NCBI GenBank assembly: GCA_003971905.1
Contig: RSEE01000006.1
Coordinates: 1,116,001-1,180,000, forward strand
Origin: Moniliella sp. 'wahieum'
Lineage: Eukaryota
DNA length: 64,000 nucleotides
Direction: 5' to 3'
Positions 36,185-49,415 of this stretch are shown here, piece by piece. The number at the start of each line of letters is the position of its first letter. Position 1 is the stretch's first letter. Made by a program: the position numbers and the translations under genes. Under the pieces are notes generated by a model, which made no database searches, had not been told where the DNA came from, and was given only the letters and a program-made list of their open reading frames with translations.

Positions 36185-37605
36185 TTAAGATGAGCGACGG
36201 ATGTTAGGCATGCTCGGCTTCGTGCTCGGGCGCTGACGTCGGTTGCCGATGCGAACGGGAGCGGGAACGGGAGCGAGAGAGCGGGAGCGAGAGCGGGAAC
36301 GGGAGCGGCTTATCCTGGGCGGCTTGGGGCGCAGGAACTTGGGCGGCTTCCAGATCCCGTTGAACACCATTGTGCCAGTGACAAGGCAGGCAAATCCCAA
36401 GGCCTGCAATGAACCCTGGACGAGATGAAGGTGTTCCCAACCCAACAGAAGGCTGACCAGCCAAATTCCCAGCGTACGGCACGTGTCGATAGTCGAGCGC
36501 GCTGCGGCCGAGATGCTGCGGGTAACGCTGAGGCCAAAGAAATTGAAGAAGGCAATGGAGAAGGCGATGGCCACCGCGTACCATCGCACGGCCGGAATGT
36601 ACGCCAATTGGCTCCAGCCAGCCCAGATGTCAAACACACCTCCTTGACCGTCTTGTGTCTGACCAAGGAAAATGTGCAGCACAATCATACCGACCAAGGT
36701 CGTGGCAAAACCAAAGAAGCCCTCCGAGCCAACCGCAACCAGCGGCTCGACCGTGTGCTGCTCCATGATCTTCTCCTCGAGCACAAATTGTGATGCGGTA
36801 AAAAGCTGGGCAAAGAGAATGAGGAGGACGCCGAGAAGCGACTGGGCCACTTCCGGAAGCTCCTCGTCGTCATCGGCCAAGCGCCCCGCCTCAGGAACGG
36901 GCTGGGGCAAGGACCCACTGATGCCTACAATCCCGACCCCAACCATGACCAGAGCGAGGCAGAGCCACTGGAACGCGAGAAGATGCCGACGAAGGAAGAT
37001 GACGCTGAACACGCCCACCCACAACACTAGCGCTCCGCGCGTCATTCTGGTTCGAACAAATATGAGTCTGTCAGATGCTAGCTCGGCGCCCCAAGGGAGG
37101 GGAAGAAAGACGTACTGGTAGATACTGACTGGGGTCAGGATGAGGCCGACGTTCATCAGTGTCGTACCGATAATGTCGCACAGAGCAGGTAGGAAGAAAA
37201 GGATCATGGCACGGCCGTGGATCACGGGCTCGTCCTCCTTGCCAGCCTCATCGAGGGGACTCGCAGCCAGTGGATCGGTCTGTTCCAACGCCGGAGTGGG
37301 GGGGATGGTGCCATAGCCTTCGCTGGATCGCCCGTACCGCTGGCAATAGGTGCATATGCGTTCTTACGAGCCCAATAGCGCAGTAGAGCCCCATGAGCTT
37401 CCCGGGCGAGAACGGGGAGGAGACAGAGCATCTCGCCCACAAACATGACTAGCGTTTGCCACACGGGTTGAGCATACTCGGCATGTTTGCGAGGATCAGG
37501 GTCGTCGCAATTGGCAACGCACACCTGGTCCTGCGCCTTGGACAAAAGACTGTTGGTGATCCCGGTCGCAAGCATCAGAGCGACCAGGACGGGCACAGGC
37601 GCCAT
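36185..37605 (-). CDS. DMT-superfamily transporter, SLC35F6-like (nucleotide-sugar transporter related)
   Basis: MLATGITNSLLSK, QPVWQTLVMFVGEMLCL, FFLPALCDIIGTTL, YQ|MTRGALV (intron 37047-37115), QFVLEEK, SIAFFNFFGLSVT, RSTIDTCRT; multiple TM helices. Confidence 0.9.
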
Positions 37606-38052
37606 GGTGGGAGAGTGGGCGCGCCGGCGAAGGATGGAGAGGAGGGATGTGTCCGCAGCGAATGCGATCGGGGGTGAGGAGGAAGAGGAGGAGGAGTATG
37701 GGGGAAGGGCCGGGAGCAGAGTGAAGGTGGTGGTGGGGATGATGGTGATGGAGGGGGTGGGCCGGTCGCGCGTATCTACTGGTGCTTGCGATGCTGGCTG
37801 ATCCACGCGGCTCGAATCAAACCCTAGCAGTGGCTGTTGTGGAAATCACCCGCCCACCCTCTCCCCTATGTGAATGTGGTTGATTTCATTCACCTTGCCT
37901 GGCGGCCCCTGGGTTTGCCTGTCGAAATGGGACAAGCAACTTGCCATGTCGCCATTTCATCACACATGGTCAGACAGCTAGCTAGCTAGCTACATCACTA
38001 TCTTCACCCTTGCTCCGTCCACAACAAAATGAGTGCTGTGCAGGACCATGTA

Positions 38053-38857
38053 TCAAGCGTACGTGTCGACAAGGGCGTCGCGCAGCGCGTCCACCGACTT
38101 GGCTCCGCCTTCGCCCGACACCTTTAGCGCCGCTTCAACCACCGAGATTTCCGTTGCCGTCGACTCCATCCCACAGAATGCTGCCCAGTCGTTGGCCAGA
38201 AGCCCAGCGCCAATAATATCGACCCACGGTTCACCGTACCTGCCACGACGGGCACTTGCAGCAACGAAGACAACTCATCTTGGTCCTGGATCGTCGTGTG
38301 GGGGCTGACGATCGCGCCTTGGTTAGTGATCACCGAGTAAGAGCCCACCAACACATTTTCACCAATCGTTTGCCGGAACACTTCGACTTTGAGTACGTCG
38401 GCAATGATCTCCTCCGTTTCCCGGTCCAGGTCGGGGTGCACCACCGCCACATAGTCTGAACCGCCATTCTCCAAAGTCAGTATCCGTACCCAGGGAAGCA
38501 GAAGAGTAGCGAAGGCGACGTACCGTTGCATGCAATCACATTGCCCAGCGCGGATAACCGCTCCTCGACCCGCTGGATGGCGACCGAGTCTGGGAGGGAG
38601 TTGCGCAGGTGCTGCAGTTCCTGGTCGGTGGTCGTGCTGGGCACAAGGAGACCGTGGCGGTTGCCAACTGTCAAGCGGCCGACCAGGCGCGTACTTGCAA
38701 TGGAGCAGTGGATCACCGGCACCACATCGCCCAGTTCCGCCTCAAACGTGCTGTAAAAGTTGGTCGAGCCGCCCTGGGCCACCAGGCAGTAGGAGTTGGT
38801 GAGGCGCGCAAACACACCAATCTCGGATGAGTTCTCAAAGCGTGTGCGGACGGCCAT
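38053..38857 (-). CDS. TIF6: Translation initiation factor 6
   Basis: [16 protein letters not shown]...[10 protein letters not shown]...[30 protein letters not shown]...[14 protein letters not shown]. Intron 38456-38523. Confidence 0.97.
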
Positions 38858-39151
38858 GGTGTAGATCCCAAGAGGTCGGCAGTGGTGGTGGGCAGAGACA
38901 GTTGGGCGAAAGCGGACGCCTGAGGGCCTGTCACGGGAGGGCGGGGGGTGGGGGACGCCGAAAGAAATGAGAAAAATTGAGGCAGATCGTTCCGCCGTCG
39001 GGCAGGTTCCGCTCGCAGCTGCCGGCACGAGACCTGTGAAGCTTTGAAGCGGGGCCATTCGCCCGTCATTCATTCTCCTGGGCACCTTCCCGTTGGAACC
39101 GCACCACTACCATCCCGCCCCTGAGCCACTCGAGTCCCTGCGGTGCCCATC

Positions 39152-39618
39152 ATGGATCGTGCGTTTGTGCCGCTGCATATATGCCAATACACACCGTGCC
39201 GCTGACACCCTGCTTTTCCCCTCAGTTTCCCACCTCTCTCCCGCCGAGCAGGCGTCGATGACGCGCATCATTGAGCAGAAGCAGATGAAGGACTTTATGA
39301 ACCTCTACACCGGCCTGGTCGAACGCTGCTTTGCGTCGTGCTGCAACGACTTTACCAGCAAGGCCCTCAGTTCTAAGGAGGACACGTGCGTTGAGCACTG
39401 CACCACCAAGTTCCTCAAACATTCGGAGCGGGTGGGGCACGCTTCGCGGAAGAAAACGGTACGTTTGATTGCCACCCTAGTCTGTGGAGGGTTGCCATCC
39501 ACGGGAAGGGGTCGCGCATGTGAATCTTCAGTGACTAGTGACTAGGGACACGAGCCACTGACTTCCGCCCCTATCTTTGCTTGCTCCAGCCAAACTCATG
39601 TCCCAGCAACAACGTTAA
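39152..39618 (+). CDS. TIM9: Mitochondrial intermembrane-space chaperone Tim9
   Basis: [32 protein letters not shown]...[17 protein letters not shown] (twin CX3C). Introns 39159-39225 and 39459-39589. Confidence 0.93.
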
Positions 39619-41070
39619 CAACCGCCTGCATAATCAACGGGAGGGAAATGATCGATGGATGTGCGCCCTCACATTTTTGTATATAGATGCAGGGCTTGAG
39701 CAGAGTCTCACCTCTGTTGACCAGCTCGGTCTGGTGGAATATGTTGCTCAGCGTGGATCGGGTCCCAGTTTGGGTCGCGCCGCCAGGTTGGCCGAACCAA
39801 CTTGTTCTCCTTCTTGGCAAACTCAATTTGTAAAGATGGTTTTGGCCTGCACATCTTCCAAGCGAAAGGTAAAGCCCAAGGACGTAAGGAGGTCAATGAA
39901 GCCCTGGCTGGAGACCAGACGAAAGATCACCTTGTCCATCAATAGTGTCCTCTACTACATACCTCACACGCCAGTCCCATCAAATGAGGACGGCTATACA
40001 AAAAAAGGCGCACTTGGCTCATGAATGCAGCATGCTTCGACAAACATGCTCACCAGTATACCTATGAGAAAAGGGAGAGGCAAATGCCAGCTACGTCCTC
40101 CACCGCGGCACTTGCGATGGATGTGAAACCTTCCCCGCTACTTTCAACTGTTCCGAATCAGCCGTCCCCAGCCAGGAAAGGGATGCGAGCACCCGCATGA
40201 CAGCCGCCAACGATCCCATCTTTGCTGTACAGCACACAGAGATCGTGGGAAACAACGGTAGCCCACGTCTCGTTGGCCAATTCTCGTGCTAGCGCACCCA
40301 CACCCAAATCTGTAATCGTCACATGGTGTTACCTTTGGCCTTGCCGTTGCCGTCTGCAGAACGTTGGCGCATGCGTGTGGTGATGCGTAGCACAACAGGG
40401 TTGACGTCAACAGGCGCAACTGTTCTGGTTTGGTTGGCCAAGCCGCTCATTATTCAGTACACAGCCATCGTCTCAGTGGTTCAGTTGGCCTCAGCGGGTG
40501 CGTTTCAGTGGGGCCGTAGTGGTATAGAGTGTTGTCTTGACGTTGGTCCAACAAGAGCAGGTGCCGGCAAGATTCACTCATTTGAGCGTAGCTTGACGCG
40601 TTTGGGTTATGTGCTGGCACAGTAGCTCCAGAGACGGGACTGGGGCGAGGCAGCTGGGTTATGTTTCGGCCAGCGTTGGACCAGCATTACGAGAAGTGGC
40701 GCAGGCGGTGGCGAGGATGCGCCAGGTGCGGCTGCGTCAGTGGCTGTCACTGGCGCTCCGTGGAATGGGGCGGGGTATATTGCTGCGCACGCGAGCGGAA
40801 GGGGCGGAAGGAGAAGGGACGTGGATGCTCCTGGGCTGCGTCGGCCCCACCTGGCTGACGTACGCAGGACAGCGCGCCGTGGTGGGCGTGCCGAGGGCGG
40901 GGAGGTGCCACGTAGCAGCAGCGCGCGGGCAGCCATCCATCCGCATCCAGCCCCCCCGGCGCCACCGCCGCCGCGCCCGCACCACCACCACCACCACCGC
41001 CATCCCCCTCCCCCTCCACCGCTCCTTTCCTCCTGCCGGCCACCGGCCTGGTCCTCGCCCTGCCCCCGCC

Positions 41071-44000
41071 ATGTCTGTGCCCCCAGACACCTCCCTCCCC
41101 ACAGCCCCCTGGCCGACACCCGCACCCCGGACGCTGCCACCCGCTGCTCCCACCCCGGACGCTGCTCCACCCGCCTCCACCCCGGCCACCGCGCCTGACG
41201 CCAACCTTCTCGTTGATATTTTCGGAGACGCTCCCACCACGGCATCTGCACCGTCCCCTGCAGACCAGTTTGACAGCGTGTTTGGCCCCGGCATGGCTGC
41301 CGACGTTGCGCCCGCCACCCCGGCCAGCCCAGCCACCCATCCCGCCAGCCCCTCGCCCGATCCGGATCTCGCTCCTGGTGTCCTGGCTACCGAGGCCTCT
41401 GTACCTCCCCTGCCGAGTCTTCGGAGCCTCCCGCACACCTCGATTCTCTCCCCGTCTCCGGTTCCGATCCGTCCTTGGCTGATGGACACGTGGCCCAGCC
41501 AATCCCTTCTCTGCCCCCAGACAGAGGAGACGGAAAATGGCAACGATACAGAGACCTCCACAACCTCTCCCGCCAAGGACGATTTTCCGCCATGACGAGT
41601 CGCAGGATGGGAACACGACTCCTGAGGCGACGCCTGTTGTCCCTCCTACTGAGGAGGCGGTTCCCGTGAGCGTGGACGAGGATGAGCATCCTCCTATCGT
41701 CGAGCAGACCACTGGAAACGACCCGAAATCTGTTTCTGCTGTAGATGAAGCCGAAGCGATCACCCAAGAATCTTCTGCGCTTACAGAAGAAGCACCAGAA
41801 GTGCCTCAAAGCGAGGTTCCGCAAGCCGAGGACTCGTCTCCCCCCGGAGGTGACCGCGGCTTCGGCCGGAGAACCTGATTCTCCAGCCGACAAGGCCCTT
41901 CCCTCAGAGCCGGCATCCACAAGTTCAGTGAGCCAGGCGAAGCCCAACGGCCAGTCGGCCGGCAGTCCATCTCGCGACCGGCATACGCGGACCAAATCCG
42001 ATGCGGGTCGGACTCTAGTCCGAAGCGGCTCCAATGGCTCTGTCACCAGCCTTTCCAGTGGTCGCAATTCAGCTACCAACATGTCGCGCGGATCGATGGT
42101 CTTCATTGTCAATGCACTGGAGACGATTGACAAGAGCAAAGAAGCTCGCAAGAGTGAAGCTTTGAAGAAGGCGTCCGAGCGGGCCCTTGAGCTAGTGCGC
42201 GTTGCCTCATCTTCCACTGCCGCCGCGGCCAGCACGAACAACCTGAGCAGCCTGGGACGCTCCGAGAGCGTTCTCGATCCCCGCATCGTTTTGGAGCCAT
42301 TGCGCTTGGCTTGCGCAACGGGCAACCCAACTTTGGTGCCCATCGCGGTTGACTGCATCAGCAAACTGGTCTCCTTCAACTTCTTTGCCGAGGAAGATCC
42401 TTTTGAGACGGCGCGTGTCCGTGCACACGAGGGGCGCTCCACTCCTCCACCGACGGCCTTGGCTGATCTGGTGACTGACACGGTATGCAACGTTTTTACT
42501 GAATCAGCCGACGATCGGATCCAGCTACAGATTATCAAAGCGCTTTTGTCGATTGTGTTAAGCAACTCGAGCCATGTCCACCAAGGCAGCTTGATCAAGG
42601 CCATCCGTACAGTCTACAACATCTTCCTCTTCTCTCGGAACCCAGCGAACCAGGCGGTTGCTCAAGCAAGTTTGACTCAGATGGTGCATCACGTCTTTTC
42701 CCGCATTCGAGAGAGGAGGCTGCTGTGTCGGATGCGGACAGCCCTACCCTCGCTTGTGACGAGCCGCAAGAGGAGGAGGTGAACAGGTCAATGTCAAGGA
42801 AGACGGCGAGGATGGGCCCCCCGCAGAGGAGCCTATGACGCTCAAAGCGCTGGAGCGCCGCAAGTCCTTCCAAGGTGCTAGCGAGAAGGACACGGCTGCC
42901 ACTCTTAGTGGCATCAGCGCTCGCGAGTTGTTTGTCAAGGATGCCTTCCTCACCTTGCGGACGCTGTGCAAGCTCTCAATGAAGCCTCTGACGGCTGACA
43001 TGGAGCGGGACCCTAAGAGCCAAGGGATGCGATCCAAAATCTTGTCCTTGCACCTGGTTTATGTCATCATCAAGAACCACCTTGAGGTATTTGCCGACCC
43101 CAATGTGGTCATCACCTCCACCTCGACGGGGGAGCATACTTCCTTCATCCATGCCGTCAAGCAGTACATCTGCCTTTCTCTCAGCGCAACGCAGTCAGCT
43201 CAGTCAACCAGATTTTGAATTGGCCGTCGAGATCTTCTGGCTTGTCATGGACGGCCTGCGGGCTTTCCTAAAGGTATGTTGATAGGCTGACCAATGTCTT
43301 CGGGGTGGGCAACTGATGACCTTGTTCTTCTTCTGCAGAAAGAGATTGAGGTCCTGCTCAACGAGATCTTCCTCCCCATTCTCGAGATGCGCACGGCCAC
43401 TGCCACGCAAATCCATTTTGCTCAGCGTGCTGATTCGTCTGTGTCGCACGCCGCAAGCGCTGGTGGAGATTTATATCAACTACGACTGCGACGATCGGCG
43501 CTTGAGAACATTTACGAGCGCTTGGTCAACATCATCTCTCGCATCAGCCAGACCAGCCGGGCCCCACGCTCAGTGCTCCCGAGCCACTCCCTCTTACCGC
43601 GCTGCAGCGAGGAGACGAGCCTGGTCTGGCTGCTTTGGCACCGCAACACCACCCGGTCGATGCCCCCAAGATCCGGCCCTGCCCGTGGAGCTGCACCTTA
43701 AGCGGCAAAGCCTCGAGTGCCTGGTTGCTGTGCTCCACTCTCTCGTTCAATGGGCGAGCCGTGGATCGTTGGAGGAAGAACTGGCGTCTCAATCGATCCG
43801 TGTCAGCGTTGACTCCCGCCCTGACCCCCACCGAGGGCGGGTCCGGCAGCCCGTCCCAGCACACCGCCAGCGGATCCTTGTCATCGTTGGTGGACAAATC
43901 GCTGCAAGACGACCCTTCCGGTTCGAGTCGGCCAAGGCTCGGAAGAACGTACTGCTCGAGGGCATTCGACTCTTCAACGAAAAGCCGAAACGTGGTGTTG

Positions 44001-47000
44001 CCTTTTTGGTCGAAATGGCTTTATTCGCTCCCCGGAGCCCAAAGACATTGCCCCCTTCCTTTTGTACGCCGACGGGCTGGCCAAGGCTCAGGTCGGGGAG
44101 TACCTTGGTGAAGGGGATGCGCATAACATTGCCACCATGCATGCCTTTGTCGACCTGATGAACTTCAAGGGCCTGCATTTCTTGGCTGCCTTGCGCCGTT
44201 TCTTACAGGCTTTCCGTTTGCCTGGCGAGGCGCAGAAGATTGACCGCTTTATGCTCAAGTTTGCTGAGCGGTACGTGATGGGGAACCCAGGCGTCTTTGC
44301 CACCGCCGACACGGCGTATGTGTTTGCCTACTCGATCATCATGCTCAACACAGACGCCCACAATCCCCAAGTGAAAAACCGCATGTCACTCCAAGCGTTC
44401 ATCCGCAACAACCAAGGCATCGATGATGGCAACTCGCTCTCGGAAGACTACCAACGCCAAGTGTATATGAAAGCATTGTGACCAACGAGATTAAGATGAA
44501 GGACGAGATGTCGTTGGCTGTTGTGCCGGCTCCTCCCGCCATCACGGGATTTATTGCTGGTGTGGGACGGGACGCGAACCGGGCGGCGTACGAGCTCCAG
44601 ACGGAAGGTATGGCCAACAACCGAAGCGCTCTTCCGCACCATGGTCCGTGCACGCCGTCGTGCTGGGCCCGAACAACGCGCGGTGGTGGAGCGCTTCTTC
44701 TCTGCTCGCACATGGATCAGTGAAGCCCATGTTCGAGGTTGCTTGGATGCCCATCCTGGCCGGCATTTCGGGGCCGATGCAAGAGACGGGCGATCTGGAG
44801 ATTGTCCAGCTCTGCCTTGATGCGTTTAAAGATGCGATTCACATCTCTTGCCTCTTTGACCTTGAACTGGAGCGCGACGCGTTTGTCACCACCTTGGCCA
44901 AGTTCACCCTGCTCAGCAATTTGGCCGAGATGAAGCCCAAGCACGTGGAGGCGATCAAGTGCTTGCTCGGTATTGCCCAGCGGAGGGAAATTACCTCAAG
45001 GGCTCGTGGCGTGAGCTGCTCAGTGTGTTTCCCAGCTCGAACGGTTCCAGCTCATTAGGGGGTGTGGACGAACGCCAACTTCCCGAGCTAGGCCGCCGCC
45101 GAATTACCACCCCGTCTCGTTCCTCGACAGCGGCAACTCCCTCACCCGCACCTTGTTCAGCACAGCCATCGCTGAGCCCAAACCCTCGCGTCTTCCAACG
45201 GTGGATGTAGTCCAAGCCGGTGCCAGCGCCGAAGTGACCGTGGCAGCGATAAGGTGTTCAGTCAACGCCGCAGCTGTCGGGTACGGCGATTGTCGACTTT
45301 GTCCGAGCGCTTTGTAGTGTGTCGTGGGAAGAGATCCAGTCGAGTGGAATGACCGACTCGCCCCGCCTGTTTTCGCTGCAAAAGTTGGTCGAATTCGTAC
45401 TACAACATGAACCGCATTCGGATGGAGTGGTCCCAGATTTGGTCCATTCTGGGCGAGCACTTTAACAATGTGTTGGTCACCAACCAGCTCGCGTTAGCAC
45501 GTTCGCCGTCGACTCACTCCGTCAGCTGGCCATGAAGTTTTTGGAAAAGGAGGAATTGCCGGGTTTGCCTTCCAGAAAGACTTTCTTCGTCCCTTTTCGT
45601 ACGCGATGCGCCATTCCTGACGTGGAGACGCGGGAAATGGTGATTGACTGCCTTTGGCAGATGGTCCAAGCTCGCTCTGCTAATTTGCGCTCGGGATGGG
45701 CGTCCATTTTCCTCATTCTCTCCGCTGCAGCCCAAGACACATCGGGTACGTGCGGCTGGTCTTGTTTTGCTTTTCTTCGACTGACCCTTCTCGCTTGCCC
45801 AGAAAAAGTCATGTTGCAAGCATTCGAGCTGGCCCAGGGACTCTTCGAATCGCACTTTGTCGACATTCTCTTCACAGCTTTGCTGACTTCACCTCCTGCC
45901 TCGCGGCTTTCTCCCAAAGCAGGGCCCAGCGCGTATCTCTCCAGGCCATTGGTGTGCTGCGCTCGGTCATTCCGGCCATGCAACGTCTTATCAAGTCGGC
46001 AGAAGGGGAGGTTGTGGAGCGTTTGACTGGTGAGGACGCTCAATCGGTGTACTGGTACGCCGTCATGGCTGCGTTCTACGAGATTGTCATGAAGGGCCGA
46101 CCTCGAGGTACGCAGGGTGGCGCTCGACTCGCTGTTTGACATCATCTCCAAGCACAGCCAAGGGTTTGCCCCGCGTTCTGGGACAAAATCATCCATGAAT
46201 TGTGTTTGCCATCTTTGATGTGCACAAGGGACAGAACCTTCCGGCTCAAGAGGACACGACTGTCTGGCTGAGTACGACGATGATCCAAGCGTTGCGGAAT
46301 CTGATCGAGCTGTGGAGTTCGTACTTTGATACTCTCCAGCCCTACTTTGCCGACTTTTGGACTTGCTCGAGACGTGCATTTGCCAGGAGAACGACACGAT
46401 CGCTCGCATTGGCACGAGCAGTTTGCAACAGCTCCTCCAAGACAATGTCGTTCACTTTACCGATACGCAATGGGAGCAGATCGTCGACACAGTCATGCGC
46501 CTGTTTGACGCTACGACAGCCAACCAGCTCTTTGATCCAATGCTCATCTCCACTTCCACCTCTACCCCGCCTGCCGCTACCCAGCAGAGGAAGAAGAGGA
46601 GTCGGGTGCATTCCCGCGTCGCTTGGCTGTTGAGGGTCCAATGGACTCAAACGTCCGCTCACCTCCCCGGAACGGCGCAGGGTGTTCAAGCAAATCATCA
46701 TGCGCTGCGTTCTGCAACTCTTGCTCATCGAGACGGTCAACGAACTGTTGCAAAACGCTGGATTTTACCAGCGCATCCCCCCGCCCAATTGCTTCGTCTG
46801 CTGCGGGCGCTGCAGGACAGCTACTCGTTTGCCAAGCGGTTCAATACGACAAGGACCTGCGAGTGACACTGTGGCGGTTGGGCTTTATGCGCCAACTGCC
46901 CAACTTGCTACGGCAAGAGAGCACAGCTGCCTCGACGTTGGTCTCGCTCTTGCTGCATATGCTGCGCGACGACCGGCCTGGCCATCTGGCCACGCGAGCC

Positions 47001-48086
47001 GAAGTGCTCGGTCGGTTTGTTCCGCTCGGGGAAGAGATCGCAGGCAACTTCCTCACGCTCGACGTGGAGACCCAATCGCGCAACATCAATGCCTGGATGC
47101 CGTCGTGGCGGAAATTTTCACTGGTGTCGCAGCGTTGACGGACGAGGAGCAGGCACCAGCGACCGCGAAGGAATCGATGCCGCGCTCCACGTTTTCCTTT
47201 TTTGCCCCGCGCTTTTCCCTTCGGCAGTGGAGTTGGTCACCAAGCCCGGCCTCTCGCCCGACGTGCTGGCCAGTCTCCGTGCCTTCTTTTACCAGGCCGG
47301 CGTGATCAGCGGCCTGTGCGCCGCCACGCCAAGGCCCCGTCGCGGCCTTGGAAGTTCTTGGACCTCTCGCCTGTCCTCGAGATGCGCGAGCCCTCGCCTT
47401 CGCCCCGACGCCAACTGTCTGCCGCTGTCTCCACGACCGAGGACTCGGCGGTGCTGCAAGACCATGACCCGCAGAGGCCAGATGAAGCAGAAGCGGAAAC
47501 GGAAACAGACGCTGAAGCTGGTAGGACAAGCGGATCAATGTTGGAGGCGAGGTGGCGGAACCGCCTTGCCAATGGCCGCACCCAACTCCTCTGCCCGCTG
47601 AGCCCAGCACGTTTGGTACCCCGTCTCGGCCGCCGTGCCAGGCCCTGGGTTTGAACAGCTGGCGCAGCCCGAGGCAGACGCTCAGCTGGTGACGATTGCC
47701 TCGCCAGAGATGGAGGCAGGCTCGCTCCTCTTGCCCGACAGGCACCGGCCACGGGGCAGGAGGTGGCGCTGCACCCGGACCCCGTTGCTGCGGAGCACGA
47801 GGGTGGCGTGCATGCCGAGGCTGACCGGGCGAAGGGCAGGCTGACGAGGACCCCCAACCCGATGGCGATGGCGATGACGATAGACGATGGCGATGGCCAG
47901 CACCATGATCCTGGGCAGACGGCCGAGGAGAGCGCGCAGCTCCCTGCAGCGCCTCCACCAAGCCCGAGCCCGACGACACGCCGCCCCACTCGAACGCAGT
48001 CGGACGCGCGCATGTCGGAAGAAAAAGAGGAGCTGATCGAGCTCGACTCTAAGCGTGGCGAGAGAAGTACTACAGCGTACTACTAG
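41071..48086 (+). CDS. SEC7: Large Arf guanine-nucleotide exchange factor Sec7/BIG
   Basis: DCB ([18 protein letters not shown]), HUS ([24 protein letters not shown]), Sec7 domain [21 protein letters not shown] and [17 protein letters not shown] regions, LPNLLRQES. Introns 43274-43338 and 45746-45802; many indels; 3' end approximate. Confidence 0.95.
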
Positions 48087-48275
48087 GTCCTGCTAGGTCC
48101 TATTCACGTCCTACGCCCGCGGGGGCTACGCTCCTGCCTTGCCCAGATAAAAGTTGCATACCTCGTTGGAAGAATCTATGTGTTGGTCGCACCCAGCGTG
48201 GGCCGGGGGGGCAGGGGGGTCAGTCGTATTTCTGCGTAGGTTAGGGGCATCCAACGTCCTCGCTTCGCCCTGCGA

Positions 48276-48303
48276 TCGATGGTCGATGGTCGATGGTCGA
48301 TGG
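48276..48303. repeat. Heptamer tandem repeat (TCGATGG)x4
   Basis: Directly visible. Confidence 0.9.
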
Positions 48304-48534
48304 CCCAGTACTACGGCACTGTCGGTGTTGCCGCCGACAAGGATGGGGGTGCGAGGGAGGACAGCATGTATACTGCTGGGGTGCGTCGCTCGGTCATCGG
48401 AGGCCTGCCATGACAGAGTCATGCTAGTCATGGGTATAGAGCAACGGGGTGAGAATCTGTCTCGTGAGCAGCCGAAGAAAAACAAAGAACAGACTCCTCT
48501 TCAAGGGGGATCGTAGCATTGTTAGATGCGTACA

Positions 48535-48617
48535 GCCTCGCTATTTCAATCGGTAGAATTTGAGACTCTTAAGAGAGGTCCATCTCACGGTTGTGGGTTC
48601 GAGTCCCACGTGGGGCG
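48535..48617 (+). tRNA. tRNA-Lys(CTT) with 10-nt intron (48572-48581)
   Basis: Acceptor GCCTCGC/GTGGGGC, anticodon stem TGAGA/TCTCA with loop CT-CTT-A[intron]A, T-arm GTGGG-TTCGAGT-CCCAC. 73 nt after splicing; downstream oligo-T. Confidence 0.93.
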
Positions 48618-48618
48618 C

Positions 48619-48625
48619 TTTTTTT
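48619..48625 (+). terminator. Pol III oligo(T) terminator
   Basis: T7 run just after the tRNA 3' end. Confidence 0.85.
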
Positions 48626-49380
48626 CTTCGTCTTTCCTTTCTCTTTTTGGTCGTTTTGTTAGACCAACCGCCGTCGTTGGGTGTTGTTGCTCGGAAGTCT
48701 GCAGCGGGCGAATGGCTGCGATGCTCCGCTAAGACAGCCTGCCCTGGGGCGTGACGTCACGCACATGCATGGCTGTGTGTATGACCTGTTGGGTACCTGT
48801 CGAGGATGCAATTTACCGGAACCCCGAAGCGCGGACCCACAGCAGCCGCAAAAACCACCACCCACACTTGTTGCGCCCGACTAATGACCATGACCGGATG
48901 ACCAATGATTAATGAGCCATGGGCAATGTGCAGATGAATAATGCTCGTTGAACTAATGACCGGGACCGGCCGAGCCACCGGACCTAACGCGTAACGGGTC
49001 TGCGACATGTGAGGCCTGAGGCCAGGAAGCGGTCGCGCCCCATCCGCGTATAATAATGGCGCAGCCTACACGTTGCGGAACACAGCGACTGGCGACTTCA
49101 CTGACCCTGGCCCCATTTCAGATCCCGACTTGGCACGTTTTGCAGGCCCACTTGTGCCAAGGCCCAATATCGAGAACGCCCAGCCCATACACACCCAGCA
49201 GAGGCCAACACGTACCCCATCTGGCCTGGAAAGATGGCCAGGTCGCGCGGGCGCTGTACGGGCGTTGTGTGGATCTGGGATCTTGTCTGTGCTCGCCGGA
49301 TATCCACATGTGGACGCGGGATGGGAATAGCACGACGGCCAATGCGAAAGCGCAACCGGTTAGCTAACTGGTGGTGGTTA

Positions 49381-49415
49381 TAGCGGGTAGCGGGTAGCGC
49401 TTAGCGCTTAGCGGG
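49381..49415. repeat. Heptamer array TAGCGGG x2, TAGCGCT x2, TAGCGGG
   Basis: Five in-phase 7-mers, directly visible. Confidence 0.9.

Noticed and set aside
39700..40460. Possible small minus-strand gene between TIM9 and SEC7
   Set aside because: I could not build a consistent exon chain and recognised no homology; RNA-seq would be needed.
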